Part shown: positions 41,728 through 50,735 of the stretch, in pieces | Position numbering within the stretch: the first letter of the stretch is position 1 | Layout: every line of letters begins with the position of its first letter | Sequence record: NZ_OX291475.1 | Strand: one strand, 5' to 3' | DNA length: 64,000 bases | Origin: a plasmid | The notes under the pieces: model-generated | Databases searched by the model: none | What the model was told of the DNA's origin: nothing | The model's input: only the letters and a program-made list of their open reading frames with translations | Position numbers and translations under genes: made by a program

Positions 41728-41879
41728 TACCCATCTTATAGACAAAAGAGCTACCTTAGCTTTTGACCTGATGACTAACGACCCTAGTGCTTCATTTTTT
41801 ACGTCGGGACCCGCCGGGAACCCGGTGGGGGCTACTGCAGTTTGTATCGCATAAACTTTAGGTGTTTCCCATAATTGAG

Positions 41880-42200
41880 TTATCCACATATCTACAGGAT
41901 TGTTTTTTAAATCCTTTTTTTTGTTTTTTAAAACATTTTAAAAGCTTTTTAGACAACACGTGAGCCCTTTCTTGGTGCGGCCTTCAGCCCTGTCAATATG
42001 GGATATACCAAAACTAACTATGGGCGAAACCTAAAGTTACTATGGGTAATGCCCCAAGTTGTTATGGGAAATAGCTAAAGAACGTATGGGAAATAGCTAA
42101 AGTTAGTTCTTTCTGTGAACCCGTATGGGAAACAACATAAGTTTGCCTTGACCACATCATCTAGCTGATGCAACTATGGGTACATTACAAACAACCCATA
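41880..42200. other. iteron-type replication origin (oriV): DnaA box, AT-rich unwinding region and ~22-bp iterons
   Basis: Perfect TTATCCACA at 41880-41888; T/A-rich run 41905-41955; TATGGG(A/T)AA-containing repeats at ~42019, 42040, 42063, 42085, 42123, 42174; inverted copies downstream of rep (42925-43060). Confidence 0.65.
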
Positions 42201-42211
42201 GATAGTTATAT

Positions 42212-42923
42212 GAATGAAAATAAAGGGATTGTTAAAACAAGTCGCCCAGCTATAGCACAATCGAATGAACTCACCGAGGCAGCTTACTATCTCTCGCTGC
42301 AGGCAAAGCGAGTACTGTGGTTATGCCTCATGGAAACCTATCGGCAAGAAGACCATCCGGGTACGTTTACAGTGCGGGTTGCGGATTACCAGCGATTGTT
42401 CAAGGTGAGTCAAGCTACGGCCAGTACAGATGTCAGGAAGGGCATTGATGCCCTGTCAAACAGCTCTGTTACCTTCTTTCCATCTGATGGGGAGTATGAG
42501 GAACGGAAACGCCCTTGGCTGGCAGAAGCTGGTTTAAAACGTGGCAGAGGTTCATGGAACATTGAATTCAATAATAAAGTGATGCCCTACCTTCTTGATC
42601 TTAGTAGTCAATTCACTACTTATAATCTATATGATTGTGGCCGCATTAACAGCGTTAGAGCTATCCGCCTTTACGAAAGCCTTTGTCAGTTTAGAAAATC
42701 TGGCATATGGATCACAACACCAAATTGGTTAGCTGAGCGTTACCAACTCCCACAATCGCAACGAGATAATTTTGCTGAGATGAAACGGACGTTCATCAAG
42801 CCGGCTCTGGATAAGATCAGTAAAGAAACCCCTTTAACGGCTTCGATGTCAGAGACCGAAGACGGCAAACTAATTTTTACCATCATAACTAAAAACCCAG
42901 AACCAACCTTACCTAACATTTGA
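42212..42923 (+). CDS. rep: Rep_3-family iteron-binding replication initiator
   Basis: MNENKGIVKTSRPAIAQSNELTEAAYYLSLQAKRVLWLCL.. typical RepE/RepB N-terminus; 237 aa. Confidence 0.8.
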
Positions 42924-43065
42924 ACTTTAGCTTTTTCCCATAGTTTACCCGATTATGCCTAGCGAACTTGTGCTGTCTCCCATACTCGTTGGGCTAATCC
43001 TTTTATTGCACTGTTCTCCATGCAAAAACGGCTTTGACTTTGGCTGTTTCCCATAACCTAACCTT

Positions 43066-43941
43066 TCAAGGCATCCCAATTGTCTTTTTCTTCAGTTTCA
43101 ATTCTATTTCGTCGATCATCATCTGCATCATTTTCACCAGGTCTATCGTCAACTGTTCTGCTGCTTCAAAACTGAGTTTAAGAATGTTGATTTGCCCTTC
43201 ACCTAGAACATTTTGCAGAGTGACCCGTTTAAACCCATCCAGGTGACGCCTTTCTTTCAGTAACTGAGTAATACGCTTGGTGATGATCTTAGCTATGTCA
43301 GGATACTCAGGGCTTTCGAAAACGTGCTGATGGCTTTTGACCAAAGGCTCCCAAGAAAACAGGATGTCATATCGTGTAACAAAACGAGCCTGTTTGGGTG
43401 GAAAGTGCCACAACACAATAAACGGCATGCTATTTCTCATGCACAGCTCAAAATGGTGCTGCCAGACATTAGGAATCGCCCTTCCTTCACACAACAGATA
43501 ATAATCGGAAGGCTTAAGCGTTGGGACACTCACGGGCATCGGATCAGACAAAACGGTACCTATCCGGGTTTGCCAATGTTCGCGCAATGCTTCGTTCATT
43601 GGAGGGATCGTAATACATAACCAACTGAGAGGGATGTACACAGCTATAGAAGGGTCAACAGCCCCTTCTTCTGAACGTAGGTATACCTTACAGCTATCAA
43701 CTATTTCGACAGCTCGAGGGTTGTCTTTGTGCGTTTCTAGCCAAGCGACAAATGGGCTCGGTACAACATGGCACAAATTTCCCCAGCTACGACCATATTT
43801 ATAGAGCTCCCAACCAGTCTGTCGGATGTAGTGATGCTGCACGTATCGCACTAATTGCTGAATCAAATCATCCTGAGAGGTTGTTTTGAGCCGGAATCTT
43901 TTACGCGGTTTGATAAGTAAATCAATAAACAACGTCGCCAT
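43066..43941 (-). CDS. hypothetical protein (291 aa) convergent with rep
   Basis: Long ORF with no overlapping alternative; no recognisable motifs. Confidence 0.4.
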   Translation of the reverse strand: MATLFIDLLIKPRKRFRLKTTSQDDLIQQLVRYVQHHYIRQTGWELYKYGRSWGNLCHVVPSPFVAWLETHKDNPRAVEIVDSCKVYLRSEEGAVDPSIAVYIPLSWLCITIPPMNEALREHWQTRIGTVLSDPMPVSVPTLKPSDYYLLCEGRAIPNVWQHHFELCMRNSMPFIVLWHFPPKQARFVTRYDILFSWEPLVKSHQHVFESPEYPDIAKIITKRITQLLKERRHLDGFKRVTLQNVLGEGQINILKLSFEAAEQLTIDLVKMMQMMIDEIELKLKKKTIGMP

Positions 43942-44169
43942 AAATGCCTATCAGTCTGTATACCGTGACTAAACCTATAATCTTACTCAAGATTTCCGTG
44001 AATAGCATCCCAAACCACGAGTTCTATTCGCCGTAAAACCCTACTTTATGCACGCTTTAATATTGATTGATCAGTAATCGTTCAATGGATTTGTTCAATA
44101 TTTATAGGACAACTATTCCTTCTGTGGATTCATTCGCAATTATTGTCCACAGCTACCCCAAACGGCCCC

Positions 44170-44242
44170 CCATCCTGCTAAGCCGGTCTTTTTCGGTGAT
44201 TAAAAGATTTACTGCAGCGTAGATCGCAACGTGCCGTTGCGA
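44170..44242 (+). repeat. direct repeat A2 (partner of 41655-41727)
   Basis: See A1. Confidence 0.5.
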
Positions 44243-44704
44243 AGCTGTACTTTGCAGTTGGTGAGCTAACTTGGAGGCGAAGCCGACTTTGGTGGGTGAA
44301 CATTGTAACTTGAAGAAGCGATTGAACTAGGATTTTTCTGGTTATCGAGGTTTTGTGCTCTATGCGATGCAGTGTTGTTGCCCGAAGCAAAGCGGAGGGA
44401 GCTATTTTCGAGAGCCTGGCTTTAGCCGGCACGAAATATACTCCCCTTTTTTGGGGCTTGTTTTGTTCAGAAATAACCTTCGAAATTAGCTATTTTTTGG
44501 TGAGATCGTTCGAAGTTAACTGAATGATATTTCATCAACTGTTTGAGTTGACGGTCGGAGACCATGAACTACGACTAATTTCTCGTTCCAGGAGGCACTT
44601 TTGAATGGAACCTTAAACATATACAAGAGGGTTTTTAGCTCTTACACGCAGCACAAAACCCGCGCAAGGGCACGTGTCATTGTGTTGAACGGTGAAAATA
44701 ATGC

Positions 44705-45631
44705 TTAGTGGAGTACGCCGGCGCGTTCCAGCAACAGCCGGTAATACTGTTCAGGATCATCCCGCTCTAAAGACGGGTGTTCATCAGTTAGAACACGCTT
44801 GAGCTGCATAATCTTTATTGGGTGAGCCTCAGCACTAGTAGACCAACGAACCCAGGTCATTTGATACCTGTTCACTATTTTTCCATTGCGCGTTCGCATT
44901 TTAGACGCCAGTTCATCTAGCTCTTTCCCTAGATCTTCAACAATCGCCTTCTTCTCTTGCAGCAGATCGGGACTTACGACCCACCTCTTAATCTGACGCA
45001 GGCGGTTTTTTAGCGAATGGTGTGAATCAATATCAATACCAAGGCGGGCCATGCGTAGTTGATGACGTTCGTGCTTCTTACGCAGTGATTCAGTGAGGCC
45101 ATTGACTATCGCCCACTGGCGATACCCGTGAAGCCATAAGCGAATTTCCTCAACAGATATCCCGCGGCTAGTAAAAAAGCGTTCCGTCAAAAAAATACGC
45201 ATCGCTTTATATTGGCCAGCATCAGCATCCCAAGCCCGATGCACAACCAGGTAATCCAACTCCTCCATCACATCCCTAGCATGGGTAGCCACATCACAAG
45301 ATTTACGGCCACTCTCATAAATATGCAGCACGCCGATGGCGCGAGCGATTTCCTCGAACGGAGCAATAATCTCAAACGGGTAATCAGCATCCGGGTTATA
45401 GTCACAGTTGGCTGCTAATGCTAAGGAAAGTGCGGTCAATGCACGCCGGCTTTCTTCACGTGTGCTCACTCGCATAGGTTTCGGGGTATAACTTGGATCG
45501 TTTCGACGTCGATATGGGATATATCCACGTTGACGCAAAGCAACCAACGCAGAATTCCGGTTCCAGTCATGCTGACGAATACGAGCAACGACTTTAGCAG
45601 CTGCACCACGCGGTACGGTACCGGAGAACAC
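44705..45631 (-). CDS. repA: IncFII RepA-family replication initiator (RepA1-like); start uncertain
   Basis: By-eye alignment with the R100 RepA1 sequence as recalled from memory (blocks RRAxxAL, CxYxP, IxxTxxFTS, xxSxExx, RKK; ours ..IFLTERFFTS.., ..GISVEEI..); first ATG gives 415 aa (too long); GTG at 45631 gives 309 aa. Confidence 0.6.
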   Translation of the reverse strand: MFSGTVPRGAAAKVVARIRQHDWNRNSALVALRQRGYIPYRRRNDPSYTPKPMRVSTREESRRALTALSLALAANCDYNPDADYPFEIIAPFEEIARAIGVLHIYESGRKSCDVATHARDVMEELDYLVVHRAWDADAGQYKAMRIFLTERFFTSRGISVEEIRLWLHGYRQWAIVNGLTESLRKKHERHQLRMARLGIDIDSHHSLKNRLRQIKRWVVSPDLLQEKKAIVEDLGKELDELASKMRTRNGKIVNRYQMTWVRWSTSAEAHPIKIMQLKRVLTDEHPSLERDDPEQYYRLLLERAGVLH

Positions 45632-46350
45632 CGCTTCATGGCGACAGTGGATTTTTGGTAGTCCTTTCCGTAAACGGTTTGATTCACCGCGACGGGTTGG
45701 ACAATAGACAGGTTCAGGGCGAACCTGATAGTTGATTGCTTGCTCAGTCACCCTGTCCTGATCTAATGGCGGACAGGTATTGTTTTCTAAATAGCATGCG
45801 TTATAATCTCTGCAGGCCAGCGCCTGCTTTTGACCCCCTGATATCTGACTCTTCCGCCAAGTTGATGACAGATTTCGGGGGGTTTTTGCATTCAAGGCCA
45901 GTACATTCCAAGCCTTGTTCCTTAGACATTTAGGATATGCCCTATCCACCACAGTCTGTAATTTTCGTTACACACTGTTCGAATTACGTCGACTGCTCAG
46001 GTACTCAATACCTTAAAAGAACAGCATAAATCACTGCAAATACTACCCGATTTTCGCTTCCTTGCAACAAAAGGATCTCTGGCGATCTTTTTTTGTGCAG
46101 TTCACCTACATTTCTGATGATTGACCGGCACGGCACAACTAGCCAGGTATTCCCGCAAGAACCTCCCTAATCGAAAGGTCGCCTGAGTGATTTTCATACC
46201 ACAATAGAGCTGCCACCTATCTAGCAATCTCAATTCAATAAGAATCCACCTAAATAATCATATGGAAATTACTTTTTTACGGAAAATTGTTCAAAAAGCA
46301 AGCAAACGGATAATTGATTAATATAGTTAATTATTCTGTTTTGATAGTTA

Positions 46351-46395
46351 TGTCGATCTAATGATCTGAAAAAAGGATCTTTTCTAGATCATTGA
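46351..46395. promoter_or_regulatory. GATC-rich near-palindrome (4 GATC in 36 bp): candidate Dam/SeqA-regulated site
   Basis: TCGATCTAATGATCTGAAAAAAGGATCTTTTCTAGATCA; GATC at 46355, 46363, 46376, 46387. Confidence 0.4.
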
Positions 46396-46578
46396 TTCAA
46401 AAAATTGAGTTATACAGGATTTTAGCTCTGTTTATAGTGTGTTTCACAGCATTTCAGATCGTCAAAAAAACCGTTTACACAATTTAACTTTGCAAATACA
46501 CTTCGCGGCATACTTAAGCACAGGTTTCACTGGATCGCCAGTCCGCCAACTAGTAACTCATTGAACCTTGCCATCAAG

Positions 46579-46656
46579 CTTTAGCCTGGACTGCGCCTGA
46601 TTACACCTAATCGGGCACCTCCCTGCCTCAGGTGTCGGGTGCAGTCCAGGCTAAAG
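46579..46656. other. long inverted repeat / stem-loop (16-bp perfect arms, nested 6-bp inner stem)
   Basis: CTTTAGCCTGGACTGC ..46 nt.. GCAGTCCAGGCTAAAG; inner ACACCT..AGGTGT. Confidence 0.5.
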
Positions 46657-46795
46657 CGCAGTCGGGAGAAACCGCGATGTCCGCTTCCTCTTACAGCAGC
46701 AATTGCCAATCACCCAGTATGGGGACGGTTTTGGCGGAGCCTGCCTGACACACTGCGCCTTATCATTTTTCTACCGCTCATCAACGGGGAATGTC

Positions 46796-47278
46796 ATGGA
46801 ACGCTGGTATCTCGCCTGCCATAAAGCGGGTAAAGACAATGTCTTTAAAGCCCAAATGACGTTAGAACGCATGAATATCATGGCATTCAGCCCAGTTATG
46901 CGTACTTACCGTCCCCGTTCCGATCGACCAGGCCAGTTCCGTCCAGTGATCGAACAAATGTTTCCTGGCTATTTCTTTGTATTCTTTGATACCGAAATCC
47001 ATCATTCATCAAAAATCGAACTCTGCCCTGGGGTAAGTCACCTTGTCCGTTTTGCCGGCGAAATCACCCCAATTCGGGATGCTGTTGTTGATGACGTAAT
47101 GCAGCTACCTGTTTGTGTGCAAGCCTTTTCCCGTAAGAACCCAGGCAAACGGCGTTGGGATAAAGGGGCAACACCTCTCAATCAGCAACAGCGCCAACAA
47201 ATTCAGGCGTTGGTTGATACAAATGATGGCGACACCCGCAGCGCCCTATTCTTTGCCTTCATAGAAGCCCTGCGCTAA
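46796..47278 (+). CDS. NusG/RfaH-family transcription antiterminator paralog (plasmid transfer regulator)
   Basis: MERWYLACHKAGKDNVFKAQMTLERMNIMAFSPVM..FPGYFFVFF NGN-domain pattern; upstream of pilus operon. Confidence 0.6.
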   Translation: MERWYLACHKAGKDNVFKAQMTLERMNIMAFSPVMRTYRPRSDRPGQFRPVIEQMFPGYFFVFFDTEIHHSSKIELCPGVSHLVRFAGEITPIRDAVVDDVMQLPVCVQAFSRKNPGKRRWDKGATPLNQQQRQQIQALVDTNDGDTRSALFFAFIEALR

Positions 47279-47317
47279 CCGCTCCCTTCGCTTTATTTGA
47301 TTAACACCCCTTTGGCT

Positions 47318-47345
47318 GCCCGGTTCCCCGGGCGGTCTTTTTTTC
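47318..47345 (+). terminator. rho-independent terminator
   Basis: GCCCGGTTCCCCGGGCGGTCTTTTTTT. Confidence 0.55.
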
Positions 47346-47390
47346 ATTGATTACGTGCTTACGTTTCGACGTAACCGAGGTGATAAACAT

Positions 47391-47624
47391 ATGACACAAC
47401 GAAAAAACTACTCATTGAATGCCAAACATAATCAAATGCTTAATGAGCAAGCTGTAAATTTGACGGGGATCCTCAGTCGTCCAGTGGCTTGTCGTGATGT
47501 GCTTGAGGCCATTTTGGACCTGACCTCAACGCTGGATAATAACGCCCTGGCACAGCGAGTTCTTGATCGAGCCAATGAACCAAAGCGAGGTCGACGCCCC
47601 GGCCCGAGGAAAAATCGCCTATGA
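47391..47624 (+). CDS. small hypothetical protein (77 aa) preceding pilL
   Basis: Start MTQRKNYSL; stop overlaps pilL start. Confidence 0.4.
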   Translation: MTQRKNYSLNAKHNQMLNEQAVNLTGILSRPVACRDVLEAILDLTSTLDNNALAQRVLDRANEPKRGRRPGPRKNRL

Positions 47625-48649
47625 AATCATTCCTCCCCGTCGCTCTCGCTCCGGTGGTGTTGACTGGGTGTGCTCTTAATACCCACACACCGCCGACAGT
47701 ACCGGCACAGCAGTTTGTCACTACGCTGATCCAAGAACAGATACCCCTAATCCAACAGGCACAGGCAGAACTCGCTAAAGCCAGCCGTGTACATCTCTCA
47801 CCGGGCACGCCATTACCTTTACCTGCTTCATCAAAAGCCCTGCTGGCAAAACATGCAACGGAGACACCTGCACTGGCGGGTCAGGCTGTTCCCACATTGC
47901 ATGCTATTCGTTATCTCGGGGAGCGTGTTGGGACGCCTGCGCTGGCGGGTGCAGGCAAATCCCAGACACTTCGTCAGGCTTTGCGCCAGATAGTGCCGGC
48001 AGGGTGGCAAGTTGCTTTCTCGCAAGAACTTAAGCCGGATATTCGCGAAACACTGCAATGGACCGGTAATGACCAATGGCCATTCGTTTTAGACGACATC
48101 TTGCAGCGACAGAACAAGGTGGCGTTGCTCGATTGGCAAGCTCAGCGCGTTTCCGTTGCGGCCAAATCAGCAGCATTTAAACCAGGAACGGCAGTAACAC
48201 AACCACAAATCAAAACGCCAGGATCTGCACCTACAACCCCAGCGAGCACCAGTAAACAAAGTGTGGTTGCATCTGGTCGCAATCCATTCGATGGAAAATT
48301 TCCGACGCCACGTCCTGCTGCAGCTGTTAAAACCACTGCATTTGTGGCCTTGCCTAAAACAGTTATTAAGCCAAAGGTATGGCGGATAGAAGCCGGTAGC
48401 ACGCTGAAAGACACCCTGTTTAATTGGGCTGCAAGTGAAACCTGCTCTACTCCGGGAGTCGCTAATTGGACTGTGGCGTGGCTGACACAAGCCAACTATC
48501 GTATCGATGCTCCGTTGCAGTTTGAGGGGAGTTTCAGAGATGCGCTGAACGGATTGTTCACGCTATACGGTACGGCAAAAGTGCCACTGTATGCAGGTAT
48601 GCGTAACGAACAATGCGTCATATCGGTGGACGATAAGGAGATCCACTGA
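47621..48649 (+). CDS. pilL: thin-pilus lipoprotein PilL (IncI type IV pilus)
   Basis: Lipobox LTGC after signal peptide; 342 aa; position/size as R64 PilL. Confidence 0.55.
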   Translation: MKSFLPVALAPVVLTGCALNTHTPPTVPAQQFVTTLIQEQIPLIQQAQAELAKASRVHLSPGTPLPLPASSKALLAKHATETPALAGQAVPTLHAIRYLGERVGTPALAGAGKSQTLRQALRQIVPAGWQVAFSQELKPDIRETLQWTGNDQWPFVLDDILQRQNKVALLDWQAQRVSVAAKSAAFKPGTAVTQPQIKTPGSAPTTPASTSKQSVVASGRNPFDGKFPTPRPAAAVKTTAFVALPKTVIKPKVWRIEAGSTLKDTLFNWAASETCSTPGVANWTVAWLTQANYRIDAPLQFEGSFRDALNGLFTLYGTAKVPLYAGMRNEQCVISVDDKEIH

Positions 48650-49074
48650 TGGTCTATTGGCTGTTATCGGTGTTTATAGGTTTCCTCGTCTGGTCAAACA
48701 TATCACCCCATGACCAAACGGGCTCACAGCTGCAGGATAGCACGCTGAGTCAGCGCGCTATTCAAACCGTCCGTTATATCAATGATATCAATGACTGGCG
48801 CTATAACAATCCTGCGCAAAAAGACGGTGTAATCCCGGACAGCGCCTTCGGCTGGTCATCCCTTCCTGCGTTACATAATGTACTGCAGGCTGACCGTGTC
48901 TATGTCTACCAACCTGACCAACCCGGACTGATGTCTGCGCTGTTAGCACAAAGTCAGCACTCAGCCTTAGTTGGAAAAGTTGTTGCGAGACGCCTGTTGG
49001 ACAGTTTTGGCAACGACATGCAGGTAAATGTGCCGGATAGCATTACTGACGGCAGCCTGGTGTATCTCAACTAA
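48649..49074 (+). CDS. pilM: PilM-like pilus biogenesis protein
   Basis: 141 aa, N-terminal TM; gene order. Confidence 0.45.
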   Translation: MVYWLLSVFIGFLVWSNISPHDQTGSQLQDSTLSQRAIQTVRYINDINDWRYNNPAQKDGVIPDSAFGWSSLPALHNVLQADRVYVYQPDQPGLMSALLAQSQHSALVGKVVARRLLDSFGNDMQVNVPDSITDGSLVYLN

Positions 49075-49097
49075 TCCCTCTCCTCCCAAGGTTAAAA

Positions 49098-50732
49098 ATG
49101 AAAAAGCACCTCCCCTTAACCGGGTTGGCGGCGACATTATGTTTGCTGCTTTCCGGCTGTGCACCACTTGAACGTATCGACAAAATAGACAACACCGTCT
49201 CACAGAATGAAAAGCAAGCCGATAAACACCTGCATGCGATAAAAAATGGCGCTGTCGTTCGTGATCTGACATCACAATGGATCAACCCCTATCCATTAAA
49301 TGCCCAGTCCGGAAGTAATAGTTTACTCCCGCCCTGCGCTGTAGCCATCAACCGCCCTGGTAGCATTACCCTGGCAGAAGTCAGCGCCTTCATCAGTAAA
49401 CGCTGCCGACTGCCTGTCGTCGTCACACCTGATGCACAAGCCATACTCGCACCAACAGGGGGTGGGAAGACTGAACAACTCAGTGGTCCTATTCCCGCGC
49501 CAGATCCTAATGGAATGGTGGCTCTGGCAGCGTTAGGTGGTACGCCTACCCGCACAGCTCCAGCCGTGAGCGGTGGCTCTGCCCTCAGAGGATTGTTCTG
49601 GCAAGGAGAGTTAGGGGGGCTACTCGACAATGTCACCACACGCCTGGGATTGTCATGGCGTTATGAGCAAGGCCGGATCGCCATTTTCTACCTCGATACA
49701 CGCACCTTCCCAGTCATGTTTATGGACAGTAAAGCGAGCTTTGGCTCCAAAACCGTGAGTGGCACCACCTCCTCGATGGGGGCTACGGGCGACAGCAGCG
49801 GCGGTGGGCTCAGTGGAGACTCCAATACCTCACAGGCGACTGAGATGGAAATAAAGTCCAGCCTTTATGAGGACGTCACCAATACCATCAAGTCAATGTT
49901 GACGCCGGGCACCGGCCGCATGAATTTATCCGCCGGCGTGCTGACCGTCACGGATACGCCACGTGTACTCGAACAGATAGGCCGCTATTTGGATGACCGC
50001 AACAATGAGCTCAATCGTCAAGTGGTGCTCAACGTACAGGTCTATAGCGTGGAAAAACGCACGCAGGATCAGTACGGCATTGACTGGAACGCCGTATTCA
50101 ACAGTGGCAGCGTCGGTTTGTCCCTGACCAACGCGTTTACCGGCGCGGCTTCCGATGCGTTGAATGGTGGGGTTTCTATCCTTGATGGCAAAGGGGCAGG
50201 CACCAAAGCCTTTATCAAAGCCCTGTCGGAACAGGCGAATGTCAGCGTGATGACAGAGGCCTCGAGCATGACCACTAACCTGTCAGCGGTGCCGATCCAA
50301 GTTGCACTGCAGCAAGACTATGCCTCCAACGTGACTACGGAGAACACAGCTAACGTCGGCTCATCGAGCAGCATCACCAAATCAACCATCACGACGGGCT
50401 TCAATATGACTGTGCTGCCGTTCCTGATGCCCCAGTCGCCAAAAATGCAGCTGCAGTTTGCAATCAATATGTCGGATGACCCGACGATGCGCACGTTCAC
50501 CAGTGACAACACCTCGGTCGAACTCATGAAAACGCGACTCAAGACGTTTACGCAGCGCGTCATTATGCAATCCGGCCAGACGTTGGTGCTGAGTGGTTAT
50601 CAGTCTCTTAATAATACCGCCAACCGCCAGGGTGTCGGCACTTTCCGCTTCTTCGGACTCGGTGGCGGTGCCAACGGTGAAAACAACAAAACCATGCTGG
50701 TCATTCTTATCACTCCGGTCATTTTGGGATAA
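49098..50732 (+). CDS. pilN: secretin-family outer-membrane lipoprotein PilN
   Basis: Signal + LSGC lipobox; C-terminal secretin domain (..VLSGYQSL.., GLGG..). Confidence 0.65.
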   Translation: MKKHLPLTGLAATLCLLLSGCAPLERIDKIDNTVSQNEKQADKHLHAIKNGAVVRDLTSQWINPYPLNAQSGSNSLLPPCAVAINRPGSITLAEVSAFISKRCRLPVVVTPDAQAILAPTGGGKTEQLSGPIPAPDPNGMVALAALGGTPTRTAPAVSGGSALRGLFWQGELGGLLDNVTTRLGLSWRYEQGRIAIFYLDTRTFPVMFMDSKASFGSKTVSGTTSSMGATGDSSGGGLSGDSNTSQATEMEIKSSLYEDVTNTIKSMLTPGTGRMNLSAGVLTVTDTPRVLEQIGRYLDDRNNELNRQVVLNVQVYSVEKRTQDQYGIDWNAVFNSGSVGLSLTNAFTGAASDALNGGVSILDGKGAGTKAFIKALSEQANVSVMTEASSMTTNLSAVPIQVALQQDYASNVTTENTANVGSSSSITKSTITTGFNMTVLPFLMPQSPKMQLQFAINMSDDPTMRTFTSDNTSVELMKTRLKTFTQRVIMQSGQTLVLSGYQSLNNTANRQGVGTFRFFGLGGGANGENNKTMLVILITPVILG

Positions 50733-50735
50733 GCC

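Noticed and set aside
47278-47620. Canonical ops element (GGCGGTAG) for the NusG/RfaH paralog
   Set aside because: Only a partial GGGCGGTC inside the terminator stem was found. This is not a convincing ops site.
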